Virus record (IMG/VR): IMGVR_UViG_3300028844_004780
Source of the DNA: an uncultured virus (IMG/VR IMGVR_UViG_3300028844_004780)
Lineage: Duplodnaviria; Heunggongvirae; Uroviricota; Caudoviricetes
Length of the DNA stretch: 64,000 nt
Strand: one strand, 5' to 3'
Positions within the stretch are counted from its first letter, which is position 1. The number at the start of each line of letters is the position of its first letter. The notes beneath the pieces were generated by a model that had not been told where the DNA came from, did no database searches, and was given only the letters and a program-made list of their open reading frames with translations. Positions 30,033-39,290 of the stretch are shown one piece after another. Both the position numbers and the translations under genes were made by a program.

Positions 30033-30793
30033 TTAGTTTCAATAATTTAGGCAGATATGGCAAATTGGGCAACCAAATGTTCCAATATGCGACACTGATG
30101 AATGTTGCGGATAAACTTGGGGTCTCCTGTTGTGCTCCTGTGAGCAATGCCTTTTCTATAGGCGGGTGTTTTAGCCTTGGTTCAGTGGAAGATAAGGTTT
30201 CTGAAAATGTATCAAACGTTTTCATGGAGAAGGGGTTCTGGTACCAGGATTCAGTGTTTGAACTTGATCCTTCTGTAGACTCTGATATCATTGGATATTT
30301 TCAAAGCGAGAAATATTTTTCACGGATTGAAGACCTGATCAGGAAGGAGTTCGTTTTCAAGGACGAAGTATTGAAATCCACCAAAAATGTTGGTGCAGAA
30401 GACAAGGTAGCACTCCATATCAGGAGAGGCGACTACATGTATCTTACAGACGTCCATCCTGTGCAGGATAAGGATTATTATCTAGAGGCCATGAGTCATT
30501 TTCCTGACTCCCAATTCTTGATCTTTTCTGACGACATCAACTGGTGCAGAAATGCGGACTTGTTTCGTGGTGGAGAAGAAAACGGTTTTCACTTCGCAGA
30601 AGGCAACCAGTATCAAGACCTATATTCAATGTCCAAGTGTAGAGGACATATAATTGCCAACAGTTCTTACAGCTGGTGGGGGTCCTGGTTATCAGAAAAT
30701 TCAGAAAAGACTATCGCCCCCAAAGACTGGTTTGGACCCAAGGGACCGATCGAATGGCAAGATGTCTACTGTGACGGCTGGGTGGTGATATGA
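30029..30793 (+). CDS. Glycosyltransferase family 11 (alpha-1,2-fucosyl/colitosyl transferase)
   Basis: GKLGNQMFQYA, GYFQSEKYF, HIRRGDY, FSDDINWC, NSSYSWW. Confidence 0.93.
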   Translation: MISFNNLGRYGKLGNQMFQYATLMNVADKLGVSCCAPVSNAFSIGGCFSLGSVEDKVSENVSNVFMEKGFWYQDSVFELDPSVDSDIIGYFQSEKYFSRIEDLIRKEFVFKDEVLKSTKNVGAEDKVALHIRRGDYMYLTDVHPVQDKDYYLEAMSHFPDSQFLIFSDDINWCRNADLFRGGEENGFHFAEGNQYQDLYSMSKCRGHIIANSSYSWWGSWLSENSEKTIAPKDWFGPKGPIEWQDVYCDGWVVI

Positions 30794-31698
30794 TTGACCA
30801 TACATTAGTTACTGGTGGGGGTGGGATGGTTGGATCCTGCGTTTCTGGTGAGCACAAACCCAGATCTTCCGAATTGAATCTTCTGGACTATAAACAGATT
30901 AAGGATTACCTCTCGGACAACAGCATCAGAAAGGTGTGTCACTGTGCAGGGCTGGTGGGCGGAATTAAAACGAATTCTGCTAGACCAGCGGATTTTTTCC
31001 ACGAGAACATGCTCATGGGTCTGAACTTGATGAGTGCATGCAAAGAGGTGGGAGTGGAAAAAGTACTACTTCTTTCTTCCACATGTGCTTTCCCCCACGA
31101 AGCACCCACACCTTTCTCTGAAGACTGTATTCAAAACGGTGAACCACATCCTTCCAATTATGGGTATGCTTACGCTAAGAGAATGCTAGAGATCCTGGCA
31201 AGGTCTTACCGTCAACAATACGATATGGATGTAATTAGTGTTATTCCTTGCAATGTTTATGGTCCAAGAGATAACTTCGATTTAGAAGAATCACATGTGG
31301 TCCCAGGTTTGATTCACAAGGCTAAAATAGCGAGAGCAGAAGATGAACCTCTTAAAGTCTGGGGTTCGGGAAGGGCAAGGAGGGAGTTCCTTTATTCAGA
31401 AGATTTAGGAAAGATTCTAGACGAGGTGATGGAGTCCTACTCTTCGGATATACCCCTGATTGTCTCTCCCCCCGAAGAAGACAGTATTGAGGACATCGCG
31501 GCCTCGATAGCCTCTGAATATGGACTTCCCAATGGATATGTACTAGATAATAGTATGCCAGATGGACCTCTGAGCAAAAAGTCTTGTTCAAAGAGGTTTG
31601 AATCGTTGTATGGGCATATAAGTCTAACCCCCATCGAATCTGGGATAAATAAAACCGTGAACTGGTTCGAAGAAAATTATTATGATGCGAGAACGTGA
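30790..31698 (+). CDS. GDP-L-fucose synthase family epimerase/reductase (Fcl/ColC-like)
   Basis: GGGGMVG, GLVGGI, SSTCAFP, YAYAKR, SHVVPGL, WGSG..RREF. Confidence 0.92.
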   Translation: MIDHTLVTGGGGMVGSCVSGEHKPRSSELNLLDYKQIKDYLSDNSIRKVCHCAGLVGGIKTNSARPADFFHENMLMGLNLMSACKEVGVEKVLLLSSTCAFPHEAPTPFSEDCIQNGEPHPSNYGYAYAKRMLEILARSYRQQYDMDVISVIPCNVYGPRDNFDLEESHVVPGLIHKAKIARAEDEPLKVWGSGRARREFLYSEDLGKILDEVMESYSSDIPLIVSPPEEDSIEDIAASIASEYGLPNGYVLDNSMPDGPLSKKSCSKRFESLYGHISLTPIESGINKTVNWFEENYYDART

Positions 31699-32828
31699 TG
31701 ACATGGAAATTAATGGATGATGTGATTGAAGATGACCAGCGACAGGTGCTGTCTGATTTCATGAAGAACAGTGACAGGTTTTCCCAGGGACCTAAAGTCA
31801 AGCAATTCGAAGAAGAATGGTCAAAATGGCAGGGGTGTAAGTATTCAGTATTCGTTAACTCTGGATCGTCCGCTAACTTTTTGGCAACGCATGCTGCTAT
31901 GTTGACTCATGGTTATCATAGCACTTGGGCTACTCAAGCATGCACTTGGGCAACAACCATCTCGCCTGCTATGCTCTCAAACAACTCCATTCAATTGATG
32001 GATGTTAGCATCCCCAATCTGGGAGTGGATATTGACTCATTCTGTGAGATGATTTCTCAGGTAAGACCCAAGTTTCTTTTCTTGGCGAATCTGCTCGGTC
32101 TTTCTGCAGTCAATGACGACCTTTTAGATGTCTGCGAAAAGAACGGGGTAATCCTCTTAGAAGACTGTTGTGAGAGTCATGGTGCCACCTATAAAGGGAA
32201 AAAAGTGGGGAATTTTGGGATCATGTCCACTTTCTCTTTCTATTATGGTCATCATATGACTACCATTGAAGGTGGCATGGTATGCACTGATGACGAAGAA
32301 ACATACCACAATCTGCTACTCCTAAGGTCCCATGGTCTTCTAAGGGAGCTTCCAGAAGAAGCTAGGGATAATTATGAAACTGTGGATCCCTCTTTCACTT
32401 TTATTACTCCTGGTTTTAATGTCAGATCAACAGAAATGAACGCGGTTCTGGGTATGATGCAGTTGGAACACTTAGATGAGCACAACGGGGTCAGAAGCAG
32501 GAATTTTTCTAGGTTTGTCGACAATCTAAGTGGGGAGAAGTATTACAACGACTTCATTGTGGAAGGCAACTCTAGCTTCTGCTTCCCCATCATCTGCAAG
32601 GATCGGTCTAGAGATCGGGTTAGAGAAAGACTTGACTCCATCGGGATCGAGACCAGACCCATTATTGCTGGCAATCTCTTTGAACACCCTTTCATGAAGT
32701 CGGTAAACCAGTATAGATCTGATGCTAACGCAAAGATAGTTCACAAAAACGGATTTTATGTGGGTAATAACCATAAAATCAGTCTAGAACAAGTCGATAT
32801 GCTGGTCGAAGAACTCAATAAATCTTGA
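31695..32828 (+). CDS. PLP-dependent DegT family enzyme, ColD-like GDP-4-keto-6-deoxymannose 3-dehydratase
   Basis: VNSGSSAN, EDCCESHGA; SFYYGHHMTTIEGG has His in place of the Schiff-base Lys, as in ColD/E1 dehydratases. Confidence 0.8.
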   Translation: MMTWKLMDDVIEDDQRQVLSDFMKNSDRFSQGPKVKQFEEEWSKWQGCKYSVFVNSGSSANFLATHAAMLTHGYHSTWATQACTWATTISPAMLSNNSIQLMDVSIPNLGVDIDSFCEMISQVRPKFLFLANLLGLSAVNDDLLDVCEKNGVILLEDCCESHGATYKGKKVGNFGIMSTFSFYYGHHMTTIEGGMVCTDDEETYHNLLLLRSHGLLRELPEEARDNYETVDPSFTFITPGFNVRSTEMNAVLGMMQLEHLDEHNGVRSRNFSRFVDNLSGEKYYNDFIVEGNSSFCFPIICKDRSRDRVRERLDSIGIETRPIIAGNLFEHPFMKSVNQYRSDANAKIVHKNGFYVGNNHKISLEQVDMLVEELNKS

Positions 32829-33013
32829 AGTACATAAGCGAATATGTTTATATCATAGCATACGTCGATGACGAGGCAATCCACTCTTCAGCCTGCTCTA
32901 TCCACCTATGCAAAAGCAGAAAAAAAGAAATGAACGAAGAGTTCACGAAAAAATACCCCAGAAGCAAGATCCGTGTAGAAATCGCAGACAAACAACCTTT
33001 TATGGATTGGTGA
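32825..33013 (+). CDS. Hypothetical protein
   Basis: Fills gap in operon; TTG start overlaps the previous stop. Confidence 0.45.
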   Translation: MKYISEYVYIIAYVDDEAIHSSACSIHLCKSRKKEMNEEFTKKYPRSKIRVEIADKQPFMDW

Positions 33014-33014
33014 T

Positions 33015-33842
33015 TTGAAATATTATTGTATAAACAATACGTTCACTCACTGTTTAGGATCGTGCGATAAAGTTGCACCTTCCAACAAGTGGATATTTAA
33101 TGAAATTCCTGATGAAGATAGCGATGATCCCGTTCTTTATACTGACGGGCTGATCACTATTAGTGATAGAGTTCCGAAGAGGAATGATTTCGGTTGGATG
33201 TGTGAATCTCCAGAACTTCTTAGTGATTTGACCGAGTGGATTAAAGAGAATTTATCCTATGTCGAAGATAGGTTCCTTAAAATATTCACCCCAGATAGAG
33301 ACCTACTTGGTCTCTCTGAAGTTTTCGCAGAAGCACCTGGTGGAAGTAACATGCCTTGGGTTAAAGAGTGGAAGATGAGATCTAAAAGCGATCTGGTATC
33401 CATAATCGCCAGCAATAAAAGAGATATGGAAGGCCACAAACTCCGACATCAGATTATAGAAGGAGATCCCAGCATCCACGCATATGGTAGGGGATATAAA
33501 TCCGTAGAGAATAAGGAAGAAGGCCTAGAGAAATACATGTTCTCGTACTGCATCGAAAACGCTAACGTGGAGTTCTACTATACTGAAAAAATAACAGATG
33601 CCATAGCATGTGGCACCGTCCCGATATACTGGGGTCCCAGCAGCATATCTGAGGTATTCGACATGAGGGGGATAGTGGTGTTGGAGGATCTGCTTCAGGG
33701 TAAGATCACCCTGTCTGAAGGCCTTTATAATGAAATGGTCCCGTACCTAGAAGATAATCTCAAGGTCTTGCACTCGATTAAGACTGCTGATGATGTCATC
33801 CAAGAAACAATGAAGGAAGAGGTGACCAAGTGTTCCCGATAG
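33015..33842 (+). CDS. Glycosyltransferase family 10-like (alpha-1,3/4-fucosyltransferase)
   Basis: YMFSYCIEN...YYTEKITDA...GTVPIYWG alpha-1,3-FucT motif. Confidence 0.85.
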   Translation: MKYYCINNTFTHCLGSCDKVAPSNKWIFNEIPDEDSDDPVLYTDGLITISDRVPKRNDFGWMCESPELLSDLTEWIKENLSYVEDRFLKIFTPDRDLLGLSEVFAEAPGGSNMPWVKEWKMRSKSDLVSIIASNKRDMEGHKLRHQIIEGDPSIHAYGRGYKSVENKEEGLEKYMFSYCIENANVEFYYTEKITDAIACGTVPIYWGPSSISEVFDMRGIVVLEDLLQGKITLSEGLYNEMVPYLEDNLKVLHSIKTADDVIQETMKEEVTKCSR

Positions 33843-34456
33843 ACGAGGAGTGGTTATCTTATTCGGTAAGGCATTGGTTCAGCACTGGAGGGGATGGGAC
33901 CTTAGGCGTTAATTATCAGCACCTGAATAAGGACTCAGTGGTGATGGAGATCGGTGCATATCATGGAGCCTGGACTAGGGTCATGTCTGATAAATACGGG
34001 TGTAAGATACTGGCATATGAACCAGTGGAGGGGTGTCATGCCATCTGTGCTGACTCATTGGGGTCCTACGAAAATGTAATGCTAAAAGACTATGGTCTGT
34101 CGGACAAGACAGAAGATGTGACATTATATCTTGATGAAGATGGTAGTAGCATGAGCAAGAAGACGGATGAAATTACTACCATCAAAGTGGTAGATGTGGT
34201 GGAGGAGTTGGAAGAGATAGGAACGAAGATTGATCTCATACATCTTAATATCGAAGGCGAAGAATACGATTTCCTAGATAGGTTGATAGACAGTGGGAAA
34301 ATCAACGACGTCAGATCTCTCATGGTCCAGTTCCACTACCATGACGGGAGAGAGTCTTTCGACAGAAGGCTAAATATCCAGAAGAAGTTAGCAGATACAC
34401 ATACCATGAAGTTCAACTTCGACTTCGTTTGGGAAAGATGGGATATTAGAAGCTAA
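33830..34456 (+). CDS. FkbM family methyltransferase
   Basis: EIGAYHG, YEP, HLNIEGEEY, VQFH. Confidence 0.88.
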   Translation: MFPIDEEWLSYSVRHWFSTGGDGTLGVNYQHLNKDSVVMEIGAYHGAWTRVMSDKYGCKILAYEPVEGCHAICADSLGSYENVMLKDYGLSDKTEDVTLYLDEDGSSMSKKTDEITTIKVVDVVEELEEIGTKIDLIHLNIEGEEYDFLDRLIDSGKINDVRSLMVQFHYHDGRESFDRRLNIQKKLADTHTMKFNFDFVWERWDIRS

Positions 34457-34495
34457 CCCTAAATAAGTGAACACAACCCTTTATCATGAGGACAT

Positions 34496-35815
34496 ATGAT
34501 GCATAAGATAGCCTTAGCAATGATTGTTAAGAATGAGAACAACGACCATTATCGTGAGTGTTTGGAATCAGTAACACCCTACATCGATTACTACTGTATC
34601 TGTGACAACGGATCTACAGATGGCACGCAGGAATTTATCAAGGAGTTCTTCGACAAAAAGGGCATCGAAGGTGAAGTGCATGACGTTCCTTGGGTAGGGT
34701 TCGGACAAAACCGAACCGAAGTACTTGAAAAATGTAAAGACAAGGCGGAATTCGCCTTCATGATTGATGCCGACGACAGAATTCTGGGCAAAATGGATGT
34801 TAACTATGAGGCCCTAAAAGCATCTAAAGACGACGGATGGGGAATGAAGATCAAAAGAGGAGACTTCACCTGGTGGAGAAATCAGATCTTCAGACTGGAA
34901 TCAGACTGGCACTACGTTGGGGTGTTGCATGAATATGCAGCATGTAAGAAAGAAAAACCCAAATTCGGTCGCATTGGCGGTGACTACTGTCTGGATGCAA
35001 GAACCTTGGGTGCCAGAAATAAGAATGATGACGGGTCTGCGTTGGAATTCAAGGAGAAGTATAGCAGAGATGCTGAGCTTCTAGAATCAGCACTTAACGA
35101 TCCAGAGCATCCAGCATATGAACCTGGCAACGCAAGGTACCAATTTTACCTCGGTCAATCGTATTTCGACTCCCAGCAGTGGGAGAAGGCTGAGGAAGCA
35201 TACGCAACAAGAGCTGGGATGGGCGGATGGGTTGAAGAAGCATTTTATTCTATCTTTAGAACTGGTATCGCCAAATTAATGCAGGATAAGCCCTGGGCAG
35301 ACTGCCAGGATACGTTTTTACAGGCATGGAATTTCAAACCAGACCGTGCTGAACCCCTTTATCACCTTGCTAAGATTCATCGGATGAACGGGAACCCTCA
35401 CCTAGCATTCTTGTTCGCTAGACAGGCTGCGGAGATCAAATATCCCGCCAATGATATCCTATTCATCGATGACAATATTTACAAGTGGATGATTGCAGAC
35501 GAGGTAGCGGCTACTGCCTTTTATATGCAGGAATTCGAAATGGGTTACAATGCCTGCCAGTATCTTGTGAACTTGATCGACCAAGGTCAGATCCCAGAAG
35601 AACACCACGAGAGAATTAAGAATAATATGGTGGAGTACACCAAGGTGTTGCAGGGTAAGATGAAAGAAAGGCAAATCCAAGAGGCGCAAAAAGAGGCCTC
35701 TGAAGCCCAAACCAAAAAGAGACGTCTAGAACAACAGAAGAAGGCTGCTTCTGCCAAGAAAACCGCCAAGAGCAGGTCTAAAGAAAAGTCTCGACGGAAG
35801 GCTAACGCAAAGTAA
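34496..35815 (+). CDS. GT2 glycosyltransferase with TPR domain
   Basis: MIVKNE, DNGSTDGT, WVGFGQNR, IDAD, GVLHE, then TPR (RYQFYLGQSY...RAEPLY); CTAAATA late-like promoter at 34459. Confidence 0.9.
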   Translation: MMHKIALAMIVKNENNDHYRECLESVTPYIDYYCICDNGSTDGTQEFIKEFFDKKGIEGEVHDVPWVGFGQNRTEVLEKCKDKAEFAFMIDADDRILGKMDVNYEALKASKDDGWGMKIKRGDFTWWRNQIFRLESDWHYVGVLHEYAACKKEKPKFGRIGGDYCLDARTLGARNKNDDGSALEFKEKYSRDAELLESALNDPEHPAYEPGNARYQFYLGQSYFDSQQWEKAEEAYATRAGMGGWVEEAFYSIFRTGIAKLMQDKPWADCQDTFLQAWNFKPDRAEPLYHLAKIHRMNGNPHLAFLFARQAAEIKYPANDILFIDDNIYKWMIADEVAATAFYMQEFEMGYNACQYLVNLIDQGQIPEEHHERIKNNMVEYTKVLQGKMKERQIQEAQKEASEAQTKKRRLEQQKKAASAKKTAKSRSKEKSRRKANAK

Positions 35816-35820
35816 TAACG

Positions 35821-35828
35821 TATAAATA
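35821..35828 (+). promoter_or_regulatory. T4 late promoter TATAAATA
   Basis: Perfect consensus before the fibre cluster. Confidence 0.85.
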
Positions 35829-35847
35829 ATCCTAGCGGAGGGTCCCT

Positions 35848-36315
35848 ATGTCCAGAGCTGGCGATTACGATATTGTTACCGATCAGGGATCGAGTTTTAC
35901 CCTTCATCTTGCCTATCAAGATGATGATGGTAACGCTCAGTCCCTGTCTTCTTATACTTCTAGAATGCAGGTTAGAAGATCCCCTACCGATCCCCAACTG
36001 CTACTTTGGATCACTGGATCTACTGTAGACCCTACCAATGGTAATGCCTATTCTACGGCTGTTACGGGTGGTGGATCTACTGGAGAATTCGCTGGTCCTA
36101 CTGGTGGAGTCACGGGGTCTGGTTATTTGAAAGTGGGAGTAAGTAGCTCTGGTGCTACTGGTTTCACTGGTGGTATTTTGATAAATGTGGATGCCGATAC
36201 TATGGCAGATTTGCCACATGGCAAACATTGGTACGACCTGGAAATTGTAAGTGGTACCACTGTTCATAAGTTGATCAAGGGTCGATTCGAAGTAGAACCA
36301 GAAATCACACGATAG
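35848..36315 (+). CDS. Virion structural / fibre adaptor protein (BppU/LtfC-like beta-sandwich)
   Basis: YDIVTDQGSSF...SRMQVRRS...YDLEI...LIKGRFEVEPEITR. Confidence 0.7.
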   Translation: MSRAGDYDIVTDQGSSFTLHLAYQDDDGNAQSLSSYTSRMQVRRSPTDPQLLLWITGSTVDPTNGNAYSTAVTGGGSTGEFAGPTGGVTGSGYLKVGVSSSGATGFTGGILINVDADTMADLPHGKHWYDLEIVSGTTVHKLIKGRFEVEPEITR

Positions 36316-36324
36316 GGGAACTAA

Positions 36325-37269
36325 ATGGCTAGAATCATTATAACCCCTGCTTCTCCGAAGAAGGTAACGACTACGGGTCAGAACAACTCTAGGGTGGTCA
36401 CATCTCCCAGAGACAAAACCCAGGTTATTATTACTTCTGGTGGGATCGGTCCTCAGGGACCAGCTGGAGAAGGTGGTGACGGTGCTACTTGGACGAGAGA
36501 AGAAGATGCCTTCCCCGAGACCATTGGTGGAGTGGTTGCTGGGTCTACCATCGCCGATGGATCAAACGCGATCCAGATTTTAGAAACCCTCCTCTATCCA
36601 TACCAGACCATCTCTTTCTCTAGTTTCTCTACTGGTTTAGACTCCAACTACGAGCTGGGTGAAACCGCTGGCAATATCAGTGCTAACTTCCAGTGGGTAA
36701 CCACTGGTCCAAACGAGAACTGGGTAGCAGGATCTTTGGGTATCAGCTCCTCTCAAGAGGGTTCAATCTTTACGGGAATGGATAGGGGCGATTCTCCCAA
36801 GAATTATAACCATCCAGCATACAGAAAAACATCGGTTTCCTCTGTTACGTTCACCATTTTTGGTAGTCCGACCGAAGGGTCTGATGTGACCAAGGCGGCT
36901 ACTCTGAATTGGAAACACGCAGCCTTCGCTGGTAGGACGGGTACTGATGGGAGTCCAGCATCTTTTGCTGACGGGTCAGACATTGACTATTTTACGAAGA
37001 CCCATCCTTTCACCACTCTAAATAATTGGCAGCCATCCGCATCTTCGGTTGGATCCCCTTCTTATTTTTACTTCTTTTATCCAACCACCCTTTATGCTGG
37101 GACCCCAACGGTTACTGACATCACCGATGTGAATAATCCTAACACCGTCCCCATCACAATGGGCAACACTTTCGACACCCAGAATACCCACGGAGTTACT
37201 ACAGAGTACAAGTTCTTCCGAACATTCAATGCCTTCGCTGGGGCAGTAAACTTCAAGGTGAGTACCTGA
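36325..37269 (+). CDS. Putative fibre/structural protein, Ser/Thr-rich
   Basis: Short collagen-like GPQGPAG, TIGGVVAGS..ILETLLYPY motif; late operon. Confidence 0.65.
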   Translation: MARIIITPASPKKVTTTGQNNSRVVTSPRDKTQVIITSGGIGPQGPAGEGGDGATWTREEDAFPETIGGVVAGSTIADGSNAIQILETLLYPYQTISFSSFSTGLDSNYELGETAGNISANFQWVTTGPNENWVAGSLGISSSQEGSIFTGMDRGDSPKNYNHPAYRKTSVSSVTFTIFGSPTEGSDVTKAATLNWKHAAFAGRTGTDGSPASFADGSDIDYFTKTHPFTTLNNWQPSASSVGSPSYFYFFYPTTLYAGTPTVTDITDVNNPNTVPITMGNTFDTQNTHGVTTEYKFFRTFNAFAGAVNFKVST

Positions 37270-37270
37270 T

Positions 37271-37684
37271 ATGCCAATAGATGGTGGAATTCAATTTACT
37301 GGATTTGTTGCTCCTACCGATGAGTCAGATACTTATCCAGTAACCAAACCAGATTACGGACTCGGTGGACTCAGGAGAGTCACTGGGATAGTGGCAAGAG
37401 ACGCCATCTTCTCTGCAAGAAGAGAAGAAGGTATGATGGTATATGTGGAGGAAAATACCACTTATTACTCTCTCATAGGGGGTACGGCTAATAGTGACTG
37501 GACTCAACTCTATATCGATCAAGCATCGTCTTTGGGGGTTAGCGGTCCAGATGGAGCGGTGTCGTCTGTTGCAAATATCGCATTACATCAAGGTCAAAAT
37601 ATGACCATCAACGTGGCTGAACAAGACACTGGTACGGCTGGTATCACATTTTCAGTTATAAATATCGAAGCAGGTACCTTTTAG
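37271..37684 (+). CDS. Putative fibre-associated protein
   Basis: DTYPVT...GGLR...RDAI..RREEGMMVYV motif; ends IEAGTF. Confidence 0.65.
   Translation: MPIDGGIQFTGFVAPTDESDTYPVTKPDYGLGGLRRVTGIVARDAIFSARREEGMMVYVEENTTYYSLIGGTANSDWTQLYIDQASSLGVSGPDGAVSSVANIALHQGQNMTINVAEQDTGTAGITFSVINIEAGTF
37657..37664 (+). promoter_or_regulatory. T4 late promoter TATAAATA
   Basis: Upstream of ORF 37699. Confidence 0.75.
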
Positions 37685-37698
37685 AGGGGTAAATAAAT

Positions 37699-39264
37699 AT
37701 GGCTCGCGAATCAACCATTCAAATCTACAACAGTGTTGCTGGTGCTACTTGCCCAGCGGACCTATCGCTGGGTGAGTTAGCCTTCGCTGGTGCCTCGGGT
37801 GCTGGTCTGCTATTCATCGGCAAAAACAGTGGTACTACCGCCTGGATCGGTGCTGGGATCCTCGACGAGGACGATTTCTCTAGCGATAGTGAATTCCATC
37901 TGGCGACACAGCAGTCCATCAAGGCATACGTCCTAGCAAACACTGTGACTGGTGTCAGTGCTTCTGTAACCTCGATTAACAGTCTGACTGGTGCCATCGA
38001 GATCACCGCAGAACACGGGATCACGTATTATAATATCGTTGGGTCCCCAGATAAAATCGTCATCAAGGGAATGACAGCCTCCACCACTCAGATCGGTGTT
38101 GCTAAGTATTCTTCGAATGATTTTGATGTTACTGACGGCGAGGTTTCTTTCTCCAATAGGTTCCTTTATGTGCGGGGTGATAACTTAGCCGATGGATCTG
38201 GGGCTACCTTAGAGTTAGGTCTTACCTTGGGGATCTTCGGATCGTCTACATCAGGACCAATTACCACGGTCGGTAAGGCAGCCAGCGGCACCGTCAATGT
38301 TAACTTCCAAAACCCCAACGCTTCTGACAGTCAGAAGGGTGTATCTAAATTCATTGCTGCCGACTTCGATGTTTCTAGTGGCGAGGTTAGTCTAGAAGAT
38401 ACTGTAGTTAAATCCGTCCAGACCAATAGTGGAGCAGTGACCCCAGTCGGACACATCCTGGGCGTCTCTGGTGGTACCGCAATTGAAACCTCTGGGAGTG
38501 GTTCAACTGCCAGTGTTGCAGTCAAGCAGGCAACCACCTCTCAGCTTGGTGTCGCCAGCTTCAGCAGTACCCAGTTCAGTGTGGGAACCACTGGACATGT
38601 TACCCTATTTGGTGGGGCAGACGGTGCAGTCCTCACAGTAACTGGCGACGCGGCAACTGGTATCGAAGCATCCAGATCAGATAGTGATGTCACCATCAGC
38701 GGAATCACCGCTTCTTCTAGTCAGATGGGTGTTGCCAAGTTTGATAGTGGTGATTTCAGTGTCAGTGCTTCCACTGGTGTCGTCACTCTCAAGAACTCTG
38801 GCACTGATGGTGCTGTCCTTGGAATCGAGGGAACCGCTAACGAGGTTGAGGCGACCAGATCTGGTGCCACCTTCACCGTTGGACTTCCAAACGATGTCAT
38901 TATCGCTGGTGGACTAACTGTCGGCAGTAATCTAATCGTTAGCGGTAACTTAGAAGTTAATGGTACGACTACGACGGTAAACACATCTACCCTGCAGGTG
39001 GAAGACCCCATAATCTTCCTGGCACAAGGGAATAATGCCACCACTGTCGACATTGGTTTCGTTGGACAACAAACTGCTGGGGGAGGATCAGACGTTGATC
39101 AGTTCACTGGTTTAGTGAGATCAGATTCTGTCGACAGCACCTTCAGATATTATCTGTTCGAAGGCCTAACTAGTGGTAGTCCAGGAACAGTGTCTGCCAT
39201 GAATGCAGCCATTTCAGATAAGACCGCAACTTTGGTGGCAAAGATTAATGCAGGCACCTTCTGA
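37699..39264 (+). CDS. Tail fibre-like protein with four A(S/T)xxQxGVxxF repeats
   Basis: LSLGELAF N-terminus, internal repeats, GNLEVNGTTTTVNT..LQVEDPII motif; ends INAGTF. Confidence 0.8.
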   Translation: MARESTIQIYNSVAGATCPADLSLGELAFAGASGAGLLFIGKNSGTTAWIGAGILDEDDFSSDSEFHLATQQSIKAYVLANTVTGVSASVTSINSLTGAIEITAEHGITYYNIVGSPDKIVIKGMTASTTQIGVAKYSSNDFDVTDGEVSFSNRFLYVRGDNLADGSGATLELGLTLGIFGSSTSGPITTVGKAASGTVNVNFQNPNASDSQKGVSKFIAADFDVSSGEVSLEDTVVKSVQTNSGAVTPVGHILGVSGGTAIETSGSGSTASVAVKQATTSQLGVASFSSTQFSVGTTGHVTLFGGADGAVLTVTGDAATGIEASRSDSDVTISGITASSSQMGVAKFDSGDFSVSASTGVVTLKNSGTDGAVLGIEGTANEVEATRSGATFTVGLPNDVIIAGGLTVGSNLIVSGNLEVNGTTTTVNTSTLQVEDPIIFLAQGNNATTVDIGFVGQQTAGGGSDVDQFTGLVRSDSVDSTFRYYLFEGLTSGSPGTVSAMNAAISDKTATLVAKINAGTF

Positions 39265-39290
39265 TTCGTAAGTGAAAAGGATTTTACAAC

